From contig NZ_OMOH01000008.1 of the NCBI RefSeq assembly GCF_900289195.1, positions 1 through 32,000 on the forward strand: 32,000 nucleotides of DNA, read 5' to 3'. Every line of letters starts with the position of its first letter. Within the stretch, counting starts at the first letter, position 1. This stretch comes from Propionibacterium ruminifibrarum. Its GTDB lineage: Bacteria > Actinomycetota > Actinomycetes > Propionibacteriales > Propionibacteriaceae. Made by a program: the position numbers and the translations under genes. The notes below the pieces were generated by a model that did no database searches, was not told the DNA's origin, and worked only from the letters and a program-made list of their open reading frames with translations. Below, one piece after another: positions 16,315 through 25,827 of this stretch.

Positions 16315-17163
16315 ATGAACCGCCGCATCTTCCCCGCACTCGTCGCCGCCGCGACGATGATCGCCACCGGCTGCGCCCAGAACCCCTCGGACAACCCGAC
16401 CGGCTACGGACCGACGAGCAGCACCCCCAGCCCGACGAACTCCGACGAGGCCAAGGCCATCGAGAACTTCGACTTCACCAGCGCCGAGTGGTACGACGCC
16501 CGCTCGCGGCAGATGCTGGACGCCAGCGCGTCCAGTTCGCGGGACTCCTGGTGGCAGGTCGACACCGGCACCAAGGGCAACCCTGTGCAGTACGGCGACC
16601 TCAATGGCGACGGCTACGAGGACGCCGTCGCCTGGATGACGGCTGGCGAGGGCAACGGGTACTGGCACTACGCGTACGTGTGGACGTGGGATCCCGAGCA
16701 GGGCACCGCGGTGCAGTCGCCCTACCCGGTCACCGACGACGCCTCGTGCGGGAACGCGACCAAGCAGCTGGACATCGACGCCGAGAGCGGCGAGATCACC
16801 GTGGCCCGGCTGATCCGCTACGGCGAACCCTGCTCCGAACTGCCGACCCATGAAGTCACCAATACGATCAAGCTGGAGAACGGTGTGCCGATCCGCACGG
16901 CGCCGGTTCGCGCGGGCGTCGACCGGTGCATGGACCCGGCATCGGACTCCCGCAAGACCACCGATGTCCTGAGCAAGCCGCTCAAGCTCGCTCCTGATGC
17001 TGACGTCCCCGAGCTCGACCTCGACCGGGTCGAGCGGGTGGTGCTCGGCGGCGGCCGCGACCAGACGGTCAATGACTACCACCAGGTGCTCTTCCACGCC
17101 GAGGGCGACTCGGTCACCTGGTATTGCGCGTTCACCGACGAGGTCGCCATCGCAGGAGGCTGA
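16315..17163 (+). CDS. secreted lipoprotein, uncharacterised, with one FG-GAP/EF-hand-like DxNGDGxxD loop
   Basis: The ATG at 16315 gives MNRRIFPALVAAATMIATGCAQ, a signal peptide plus a lipobox Cys. It is followed by a Ser/Thr/Pro linker and then YGDLNGDGYEDAVAW. There is no further family recognition. Confidence 0.7.
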   Translation: MNRRIFPALVAAATMIATGCAQNPSDNPTGYGPTSSTPSPTNSDEAKAIENFDFTSAEWYDARSRQMLDASASSSRDSWWQVDTGTKGNPVQYGDLNGDGYEDAVAWMTAGEGNGYWHYAYVWTWDPEQGTAVQSPYPVTDDASCGNATKQLDIDAESGEITVARLIRYGEPCSELPTHEVTNTIKLENGVPIRTAPVRAGVDRCMDPASDSRKTTDVLSKPLKLAPDADVPELDLDRVERVVLGGGRDQTVNDYHQVLFHAEGDSVTWYCAFTDEVAIAGG

Positions 17164-17232
17164 GCGGTGTCGGGAGGACGGACCCCGCCCTTCCCGGCCA
17201 GCAGGCTCGCCGCGCGTGCGACCGCGATGGTC

Positions 17233-18423
17233 TCAGCCGAGGCCGGACAGGCCGTTGACCAGCTGCTCGACGCCCTGGTCGAGGAGCGCCGGGGTGGTTG
17301 CCAGGTTGAACCGGACGAAGCCCTTGGCATGGGGTGAGAACCATTCCCCGTAGTCGACGGCGAGTCCGCAGGTGTCCTGCATGAAGGACTGCATCTCGTC
17401 GGGCCGGACGTAGTCGCGCAGGTCGAGCCACAGCAGATAGGTGCCCTCGAGAGGGGGCATCTGGGCGGTCGGGGCGACCTCACGGACGCGGGCGCGGAAG
17501 GTCGCGTCGTTGCGGCGGATCACCTCGGTGAGGGCCTCGAGCCACTCGGCGCCGCCGCGCCAGGCGGCCTCGGCGGCGACGACGCCCAGGACGTTCGGCC
17601 CCAGCTCGGCATGGGACCGCGTCCAGGCGTCGTACCGGGCGCGCAGCGCGTCGTCGTGGATGATGATGTGCGAGTGGGCGAGGGCGGCCAGGTTGAAGGT
17701 CTTGGAGACGGCGCTCAGCGTGATGACGCGGTCGCGGTACCGGCCGCCCGCGACCTCGGACATCGCGACGAACGGGCGGTCGCCGGGCAGGATGTCCTGG
17801 TGGATCTCGTCGGCGACGACCGTGACGTCGTGCTTGGCGCAGATGCCCAGCACGGCGTCGAGTTCGTCCTCGGACCACACGCGGCTGACCGGGTTGTGCG
17901 GGGAGCAGGCGATCCACTGCCGGACGCCGGCGTCGACGATGGTGCGTTCGAAGTCCTCGAGATCGAAGCCGTACTCGCCGTTCTCGTCGCGGACGAGTTC
18001 GCTCGTGACGAGCCTGCGGCCGGTGTCGCGGATGGCGTTGTGCATCGGGTAGTAGACGGGGGTGGTGAGCAGGACGGCATCCCCCGGCTCGGTGAAGGCG
18101 CCGATCATCCAGTAGAAGCTCGTGACGACGCCCGGGCTGAAACGCACCCACTGTCTGCTCACCCGGGCCTGCCGGCGGGCGGCGGCCCAGGCGTCGAAGG
18201 CCTCGAAGTAGGAGTCGGGCACCATGGAGTAGCCGAAGGCGCCATGGGCGACGCGCTCGGTCATCGCGTCGAGGACGGCCTCGGGGGCGCGGAACTCGGT
18301 GTCGGCCACCCACATGGGCAGCAGGTCGGGGTTGCCGAAACGTTCGCCCAGGGCGTCCCACTTGAGGGAATCTGTGTTGCGGCGCTCCACCTGATAGCGC
18401 TCCACGAAGGTATCGGCGTCCAT
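17233..18423 (-). CDS. MalY/PatB-type PLP-dependent C-S lyase (cystathionine beta-lyase / aminotransferase class I-II)
   Basis: 396 aa with NTDSLKWD......G.PDLLPMWVADTEF..P..V..A....V.HG.FGY, SPHNPV.RVW, DEIH.D and LSAVSKTFNLA (PLP lysine), which is the typical PatB/MalY family pattern. GGGAGG RBS is present. Confidence 0.88.
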   Translation of the reverse strand: MDADTFVERYQVERRNTDSLKWDALGERFGNPDLLPMWVADTEFRAPEAVLDAMTERVAHGAFGYSMVPDSYFEAFDAWAAARRQARVSRQWVRFSPGVVTSFYWMIGAFTEPGDAVLLTTPVYYPMHNAIRDTGRRLVTSELVRDENGEYGFDLEDFERTIVDAGVRQWIACSPHNPVSRVWSEDELDAVLGICAKHDVTVVADEIHQDILPGDRPFVAMSEVAGGRYRDRVITLSAVSKTFNLAALAHSHIIIHDDALRARYDAWTRSHAELGPNVLGVVAAEAAWRGGAEWLEALTEVIRRNDATFRARVREVAPTAQMPPLEGTYLLWLDLRDYVRPDEMQSFMQDTCGLAVDYGEWFSPHAKGFVRFNLATTPALLDQGVEQLVNGLSGLG

Positions 18424-18610
18424 CGGCCCTCCCGTTGGTGAGTGAACCCGTGGATTGTCTCACCCCGACCACCGGGAACGGCGAGCAGTGTCACCATGCG
18501 CACACGACGCACCCGCCCCCAACGGGGCAGGCAGCCCGCCGTGCGGGGGCCGGCGAAAAACACCGGTGAAACCCCTCCGTTCCACGCCGGGCCCGTGACA
18601 GGCTTGGCCC

Positions 18611-19777
18611 GTGACGAACTCAGCCGCTCCAGCCGCGCCGGAACCCGGCGGGCACGGGTTCGTCGACGCCGCCTTCACCGAGGTGCTGGCGGGCGCCCGC
18701 GTCCTCATCACCGCGCAACGCCGCGCCGAGGACCTCGCCGCCGCCCTCAAGCGCCGCGGCGCCCACACCGTCATCGCCTCAAGCATGGGCGTGGAGCACC
18801 ACATCGACGAGGCGGGCCTGCTGGGCCGGACCCGGGACCTGCTCGACTCCCCGCCCGATGCCGTCGTCGTGACGACGGGCATCGGCCTGCGCGCCTGGCT
18901 GGACGCCGCCGACACGGCCGGCCTGTCCGAGGCGCTGGCCCAGATGCTCACGACCACCTGCACGATCGCCCGCGGCCCGAAGGCGCTGGGTGCGCTGCGC
19001 GGGGCGGGCGCCGAAGCGGCATGGGTCTCGCCCCTGGCCAGTTCGTACGAGATCCTCGACCACCTGCTCGACGCCGGTGTCGAGGGCAAGCACATCGTCA
19101 TCCAGTGTCACGGCGCCGGCGACGACGGCCTGTCCGAGGCGCTGTGCGAGGCGGGCGCCCGCGTGACGCCGCTGACCGTCTACCGCTGGGGCCCGCCGCC
19201 GGACCCCGACGCGGTGACGAACTCGATCGACGAGTTACGGGCGGCACGCTTCGACGCGGTGGCCTTCACCTCGTCGCCGGGCTCGGCCGCGTGGGTGCGC
19301 TCACTCTCCTCGGCCAGGGCCCTCGAGGACGTGCGCGAGCAGAATCTCGCGGGCCGGCTCGTCCTCGCCGCAGTGGGCCAGGTCGCGGCGAAACCCCTCG
19401 TGGACGCCGGGTTCGATGTGGGCCATCCCGACCGCGGCCGGATGGGGGCACTCGTCCGGCACATCTCGGCCCGGGTCACCGAATCGGCGCTGACCTGCAC
19501 CATCCCCGGCGGGCTGCTGCGCGTGCACGCCACCGACGCGGCCCTCGGGCAGCGGGCGCTGGGCCTGTCCCCCGGCGGGCTCGCGGTCGCGCGGCTGCTG
19601 GCGAGCCGCCCGGGGCAGACGATCAGCCGCGAGCAGATCCTCCACGTGCTGCCCGGTGATTCGACCGACCCGCACGCCGCAGAGGTCGCCATCGCCCGCC
19701 TGCGGGAGGCGCTGGCCAGCCCGGCATCCATCCGGACCGTGGTGCGAAAGGGCTACCGGCTCATCGACGCCGGCTGA
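18611..19777 (+). CDS. uroporphyrinogen-III synthase (HemD) domain fused to an OmpR/PhoB-type winged-helix DNA-binding domain
   Basis: GTG start at 18611. Residues ~25-290 look like the two-lobed HemD fold (ARVLITAQRRAEDLAAALKRRGA, DAVVVTTGIGLRAW, ARGPKALGAL, FDAVAFTSSPG). The last ~85 aa (LSPGGLAVARLLASRPGQTISREQIL...AEVAIARLREAL....IRTVVRKGYRLI) are a Trans_reg_C domain. No receiver domain is present. Confidence 0.8.
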   Translation: MTNSAAPAAPEPGGHGFVDAAFTEVLAGARVLITAQRRAEDLAAALKRRGAHTVIASSMGVEHHIDEAGLLGRTRDLLDSPPDAVVVTTGIGLRAWLDAADTAGLSEALAQMLTTTCTIARGPKALGALRGAGAEAAWVSPLASSYEILDHLLDAGVEGKHIVIQCHGAGDDGLSEALCEAGARVTPLTVYRWGPPPDPDAVTNSIDELRAARFDAVAFTSSPGSAAWVRSLSSARALEDVREQNLAGRLVLAAVGQVAAKPLVDAGFDVGHPDRGRMGALVRHISARVTESALTCTIPGGLLRVHATDAALGQRALGLSPGGLAVARLLASRPGQTISREQILHVLPGDSTDPHAAEVAIARLREALASPASIRTVVRKGYRLIDAG

Positions 19778-19999
19778 GGGCCCGCACGGGGCCGGTTCAC
19801 GGACGAGCCGAAGAGCAAGCACGCCCCGCGCGGGGCCATCCCCGGTACGAACGTCGACGAGACCTGCTCGCAGTGCTCGCCACGCCGCGCACCGATCACC
19901 CAAGACTCGCTGCCGGGACCTCGATGCACCGAAACCACTCCCCAACCGTTTCCGGCTGTCTTTGTAAGCTGGCAGAAGGCTCGGGGAAGAGGAGATGTG

Positions 20000-20269
20000 A
20001 TGGGTGCTGAGGAGAACGACCGGGATTTCAGTCCGATGCTCTACGACGTGATGCGGGAGCTGGCGACCCAGCTCAGCGGGCGTTATGTCGAGTGGATGGA
20101 CCAGGCCTCCTCCGCATCGGACGAGGCCCACTGGCGGGCCGAGCACTTTCGGGTGATGCGCGAGGCCCGGGCTGTCGATCCTGACAGCCGTTCCGCCATC
20201 GAGGAGCACACGGCGAAGATTCGGGCAGAACTGGCGGACATGCCGTTGCATGCCCCGGTCCTCACATGA
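20000..20269 (+). CDS. putative antitoxin of a zeta-toxin module (89 aa, helical, not recognisably epsilon/PezA-like)
   Basis: The ATG at 20000 lies 5 nt after GAAGAGGAG; the ORF track begins one codon earlier, at GTG 19997. The stop overlaps the toxin ATG (ATGA at 20266-20269). It is small and acidic. The assignment is by position only. Confidence 0.6.
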   Translation: MGAEENDRDFSPMLYDVMRELATQLSGRYVEWMDQASSASDEAHWRAEHFRVMREARAVDPDSRSAIEEHTAKIRAELADMPLHAPVLT

Positions 20270-21204
20270 GTGCCGAGCCGACCGAGGAGCAGCTCAGGTC
20301 AAGGTTTGAGCAACGGGTGGTCCCGTACCTCGAGAACCTGCGAGAACAAGCAGTCGGTGGCCCGTCATGGCCACCCGTTGTCGTCTATGTGGGCGGTCAG
20401 CCGGGTGCGGGCAAGAGCCGAACGAACGAGCGTGCTGCGCAGGCCCGACCGTCGCTGGTGCCGATCATTGGTGATGATCTGCGGCAGTTCCACCCCGACT
20501 ATCCCCGGTTGATGCGTGAGGATCCGCTGGCGATGCCGGAAGCAACGGCGCAGGCGTCGGGGCGCTGGATCGGCATGGCCGCGGACTATCTGCGTGAGCA
20601 GCGGGCGGACGCCCTGATCGAGACGACTCTGCGTTCGCCGGATGCCATCGCGAGGACGATCGCGTCCTTCCGAGCGGCCGGCTATGTCGTCGAGCTGCGC
20701 ACGGTTGCGGTACCGCATGAGGTGTCTCGGCTGTCGACCGTTGAGCGGTACACGAGACAGGTCGACGCGGTAGGCGCGGGTCGATGGACTCCTGAGTCCG
20801 CGCATGATGAGGCGTTCGAGCGTGCGCCGGGGACGGTGCGGGAGCTGATTGCGGCGGGTTCTGTGGACCGGTTCGTGATCGAAGACTGTTCGGGCCGGAT
20901 CGTGTTCGACAGGAGCTACTTCGGGATTCGTGACGAGGGGCTGCTGAGTGCCGGGCGAGAGGCGGAAGCGGTGCTCGACCAGGCGCGTGGCGTCGACCGG
21001 CTGACCCCGGAAGCAGCAATCGGTTGGATCGAGTTGGCTCGGGACCAGATCGAGCGTGTGCGTGGGCTGGGACACCAGCAACAGGACCCCGACCTCCTGT
21101 CGACCATTGAACGCATCGGCACGGCAGACGCCCGCGCGGTTGCGGCTCGTGCCGCGCACAAGGACGTGGCTGGGACCGGACCGGACAGCACGAACACAGT
21201 GTGA
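20266..21204 (+). CDS. zeta toxin family kinase (UDP-N-acetylglucosamine kinase-type toxin) with ~100-aa C-terminal extension
   Basis: It has the Walker A motif VGGQPGAGKS (20389-20418), then IIGDDLRQFHPDY (compare PezT/zeta D-x-F/L-R-x-x-HP) and ALIETTLR. By hand count, about 75% of codons end in G/C, versus about 94% in the first ~100 codons of nadE. Confidence 0.85.
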   Translation: MSAEPTEEQLRSRFEQRVVPYLENLREQAVGGPSWPPVVVYVGGQPGAGKSRTNERAAQARPSLVPIIGDDLRQFHPDYPRLMREDPLAMPEATAQASGRWIGMAADYLREQRADALIETTLRSPDAIARTIASFRAAGYVVELRTVAVPHEVSRLSTVERYTRQVDAVGAGRWTPESAHDEAFERAPGTVRELIAAGSVDRFVIEDCSGRIVFDRSYFGIRDEGLLSAGREAEAVLDQARGVDRLTPEAAIGWIELARDQIERVRGLGHQQQDPDLLSTIERIGTADARAVAARAAHKDVAGTGPDSTNTV

Positions 21205-21273
21205 CCCTCGACTCGCGCGCCGCCCGTCGGGACGACAATGGGGTGCACAAAGGCTCGACCCGACAGGAGGACC

Positions 21274-23307
<2,034 letters not shown>

Positions 23308-23309
23308 GG

Positions 23310-23332
23310 CGGGTCCGGCCTGGCCGGACCCG
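23310..23332. terminator. strong GC hairpin (CGGGTCCGGCC T GGCCGGACCCG) between convergent nadE and marR-family genes
   Basis: 11-bp perfectly complementary arms read directly, starting 3 nt after the nadE stop. No T-tract follows. Confidence 0.5.
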
Positions 23333-23443
23333 GCACAGACCCGGTGGCCGTCCCACTCACGGCGCCGGCCTCGGCCCGCCGGCACGCGGGGCCCCGCCAC
23401 GTCGACCCAGCCGAGGCGGGACGGGCCCGACCCCGCGACCGGG

Positions 23444-23956
23444 TCAGCCGGCGGGCCCCCGTGCCCGGCCGTCATCGCCGCCGCGGTCCTGACGCACGGT
23501 CTCCTGGCGCAGCCGCGCCAGCCGCCGGAGAGGGCCCGCCGCGGTGAGCACGGCACGGCGCTCCTCGTCCCCCAGCCCCTGGAGCAGGCCGGTGATGATC
23601 CCGGCCCAGGCCTCGTCGATGTGGCGGCGGTCGGTGACGGCCTTGTCGGTGAGTTCGAGCACCCGGCGGCGACGGTCGGCCTCGTCCTGGCGGCGCGTGA
23701 GGAGCCCGGCCGCGACGAGGCCCCGCACCGTGACGCTGACATTCGACGCCTTGAGTCCGAGCCCGTGGCTGATCTCGGCTGACGTGGTGCCGGGATGATC
23801 CATCACCCAGTGCAGCACCTCGACCTCGGCGGCGGTGAGCGGATCGAGGCCGACGCCCGTGACGGCGTCGCGGCGCAGCGAGAAGACGAGGCTGTGGATC
23901 GCCTCGGCGAACTCGTTCAGCTGCCGCTCCTCACCGTCGGCCATGCCGCTCCCCAC
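23444..23956 (-). CDS. MarR family transcriptional regulator
   Basis: LTAAEVEVLHWVMDHPGTTSAEISHGLGLKASNVSVTVRGLVAAGLLTRRQDEADRRRRVLELTDKA is a canonical MarR wHTH. The start is either GTG 23956 or ATG 23944. It is divergent from an MFS efflux gene. Confidence 0.9.
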   Translation of the reverse strand: MGSGMADGEERQLNEFAEAIHSLVFSLRRDAVTGVGLDPLTAAEVEVLHWVMDHPGTTSAEISHGLGLKASNVSVTVRGLVAAGLLTRRQDEADRRRRVLELTDKAVTDRRHIDEAWAGIITGLLQGLGDEERRAVLTAAGPLRRLARLRQETVRQDRGGDDGRARGPAG

Positions 23957-23997
23957 TCCGACCGCGCCCGGCGAACCGGGACGCCGACATCGGATTT

Positions 23998-24019
23998 TTA
24001 GTTATATTCTCATAACTAA
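23998..24019. promoter_or_regulatory. AT-rich perfect inverted repeat TTAGTTAT-N6-ATAACTAA in the MarR/MFS divergent promoter region (probable MarR operator)
   Basis: Read directly from the sequence. It is the only AT-rich segment in the 111-bp intergenic region. Its size and spacing are typical of MarR-family operators. Confidence 0.55.
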
Positions 24020-24067
24020 TCATGTCGTTCGTCCGCGTCCGTCCCGTTCCCGAGGTAGCCATCCACC

Positions 24068-25345
24068 GTGTCCCCTGACAACACCACCATCACATCAGAT
24101 GTCCCGAGTCCGGCCGCGGCAGACCGCCGGGAACGCGCCCTGAGCGGCCCGCTCCTGGCGGCTCTCGGCCTGCTCGCCGCCTTCGCTCCCGTCGCGATGG
24201 ACCTCTACCTGCCGGCCTTCCCGCAGATGGTCACAGCGCTGCACACGAGCGGCAGTCTCGTCCAGCTGACGATGACGGCCTTCCTGGCCGGCGGCTGCAT
24301 CGGCCAGTTCCTGTTCGGTCCCCTGTCGGATCGCCTCGGACGGCGCGGGCCCCTGCTCGCCGGCTGCGTCATCGCCGTCGTGGCCAGCGTCACGGCGGCC
24401 GCCGCCCCGAGCATCGGGCTGCTCATCGTCGCGCGGGCGGTGCAGGGCTTCATGGGTGCCGCGGGCATGGTGATCGGGCGCGCGGTGATCGCGGACCGGG
24501 CCCGTGGCGTCGAGGCCGCGCGCAGCTTCACCCTCGTCATGCTCGTGAACGGCGTCGTCCCGGTGATCGCGCCCTTCCTCGGCTCGCTGCTGCTGGCGGC
24601 GGGCAGCTGGCGCGTGCCGATGTGGTTCATCGTCGTCGTCTCGCTCGTCACGCTGGCCCTCACCGCCTGGCTGGTGCCCGAGTCGCTGCCCACCGCGCGC
24701 CGCGCCGAGATCCGGGCGGAACGGGCGGCGTCCCCCGATGCCGGACCGTGCTTCGGGTCGCGGCGCTTCGTCGCCCACGCCGTCTGCTTCGTCTTCTCGT
24801 TCTCGACGCTGATGGCCTACATCTCGGGCTCCTCGTTCCTCTACCAGTCGGTGCTGGGCTTCGGCTCGCTGCAGTACGGCCTGCTGTTCGGGCTCAACGC
24901 CATGGTCCTGACCTGCTGCTCCACCTGCTCGGCGCGCCTGGTGCGCCACTACGGCCCGGGACGGCTGCTGTCCATCGGGCTGTGCCTGACGATCATCGGC
25001 GTGGCGGGCGTGCTCGCCATCGTCCTCACCGGCGCCCCGGCACGGTGGATCCTCGTGCCACTGGCCATCGCGGTGGGCAGCTGCGGCTTCAACCTGGGCA
25101 ACTCGACGAGCCTCGCCATGTCGGCCGTGCCCGGCGCGAGCGGCCGGGCCAGTGCCCTGCTGGGCGGTTTCCAGTTCGGCATGGCGGCCGTCGTCTCGTC
25201 GGCGTTGAGCGTCCTTGAAGGAAGGGGAGCCTTGCCTGTAGCGGGCATCATGGTGGTCACCGGCGTGATCGCCGCCCTGGCCCGTCTCGTGGGCGCCACC
25301 GTGCCCTTCGACGATCCGGCCGGGGCCGGCACCAGTCGCGCCTGA
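24068..25345 (+). CDS. MFS efflux transporter, Bcr/CflA (DHA1) family
   Basis: GTG start at 24068. It has 12 predicted hydrophobic helices. MDLYLPAFPQM, G.L.Q.T...FL.G...GQ...GPLSDR.GRR.PL is the Bcr/CflA signature. Confidence 0.88.
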   Translation: MSPDNTTITSDVPSPAAADRRERALSGPLLAALGLLAAFAPVAMDLYLPAFPQMVTALHTSGSLVQLTMTAFLAGGCIGQFLFGPLSDRLGRRGPLLAGCVIAVVASVTAAAAPSIGLLIVARAVQGFMGAAGMVIGRAVIADRARGVEAARSFTLVMLVNGVVPVIAPFLGSLLLAAGSWRVPMWFIVVVSLVTLALTAWLVPESLPTARRAEIRAERAASPDAGPCFGSRRFVAHAVCFVFSFSTLMAYISGSSFLYQSVLGFGSLQYGLLFGLNAMVLTCCSTCSARLVRHYGPGRLLSIGLCLTIIGVAGVLAIVLTGAPARWILVPLAIAVGSCGFNLGNSTSLAMSAVPGASGRASALLGGFQFGMAAVVSSALSVLEGRGALPVAGIMVVTGVIAALARLVGATVPFDDPAGAGTSRA

Positions 25346-25373
25346 GACATCACATCCCGACAAGGAGTGACAC

Positions 25374-25727
25374 ATGGCAACAGCACAGGCCCGGGTAGCC
25401 ACCGGGCGCCCCGGACGGTATGCCAGGCAGCTGGCGAGTCACATGAGCCGCCGCTGTGAGGCGAGCTGGGACGAGGAGGCCGGCACCGGCTCGATCGCCT
25501 TCCCGGGCACCGACGCGGTCTGCACGCTCACCGGCGAGGAAGCGGCGCTCGTGCTCGACCTGACGGCCACCGACCTGGACCGCTTCGAGGAGGTCGTGGG
25601 CCGGCACCTCGGGCGTTTCGGCGCCGCCGACCGGCTCGTCGTGGCCTGGACCCGTACCGACGGTTCGCCCGGCACGACGCAGGGCCCCTACGACCCCGAC
25701 GAGAGGCACCCCGGGCAGCACGGCTGA
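25374..25727 (+). CDS. DUF2218 domain-containing protein
   Basis: 117 aa. A.ARV.T.RP.RYA.QL..H....C.A.W......G.I.F......C.L........L.L.A......LDRFEEVVGRHL.RFG..D.L.V.W.R follows the DUF2218 pattern as I remember it. Confidence 0.7.
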   Translation: MATAQARVATGRPGRYARQLASHMSRRCEASWDEEAGTGSIAFPGTDAVCTLTGEEAALVLDLTATDLDRFEEVVGRHLGRFGAADRLVVAWTRTDGSPGTTQGPYDPDERHPGQHG

Positions 25728-25827
25728 GGCCCGTCGGGCGAGAACCGGTCCCACGGACGGGGCCCCGCCGCAGACGCGGGATCGGCGGGCGACCGGGGAT
25801 GCCAGGCGTCATCCCGGCGACCGCGGT

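Noticed and set aside
18424-18610. Possible SAM/methionine riboswitch in the 5' UTR of the MalY/PatB-type lyase
   Set aside because: I reverse-complemented the region. I found only short hairpins (GGTGAG...CTCACC, GCCCC...GGGGC) and nothing resembling the SAM-I, SAM-IV or other riboswitch cores I know. It more likely holds just the divergent promoters. An Infernal scan would settle it.
19778-21273. Mobile-element hallmarks around the TA islet
   Set aside because: I looked for an integrase or transposase ORF, flanking direct repeats, terminal inverted repeats or a tRNA target and saw none. I therefore do not call a mobile element, only atypical composition.
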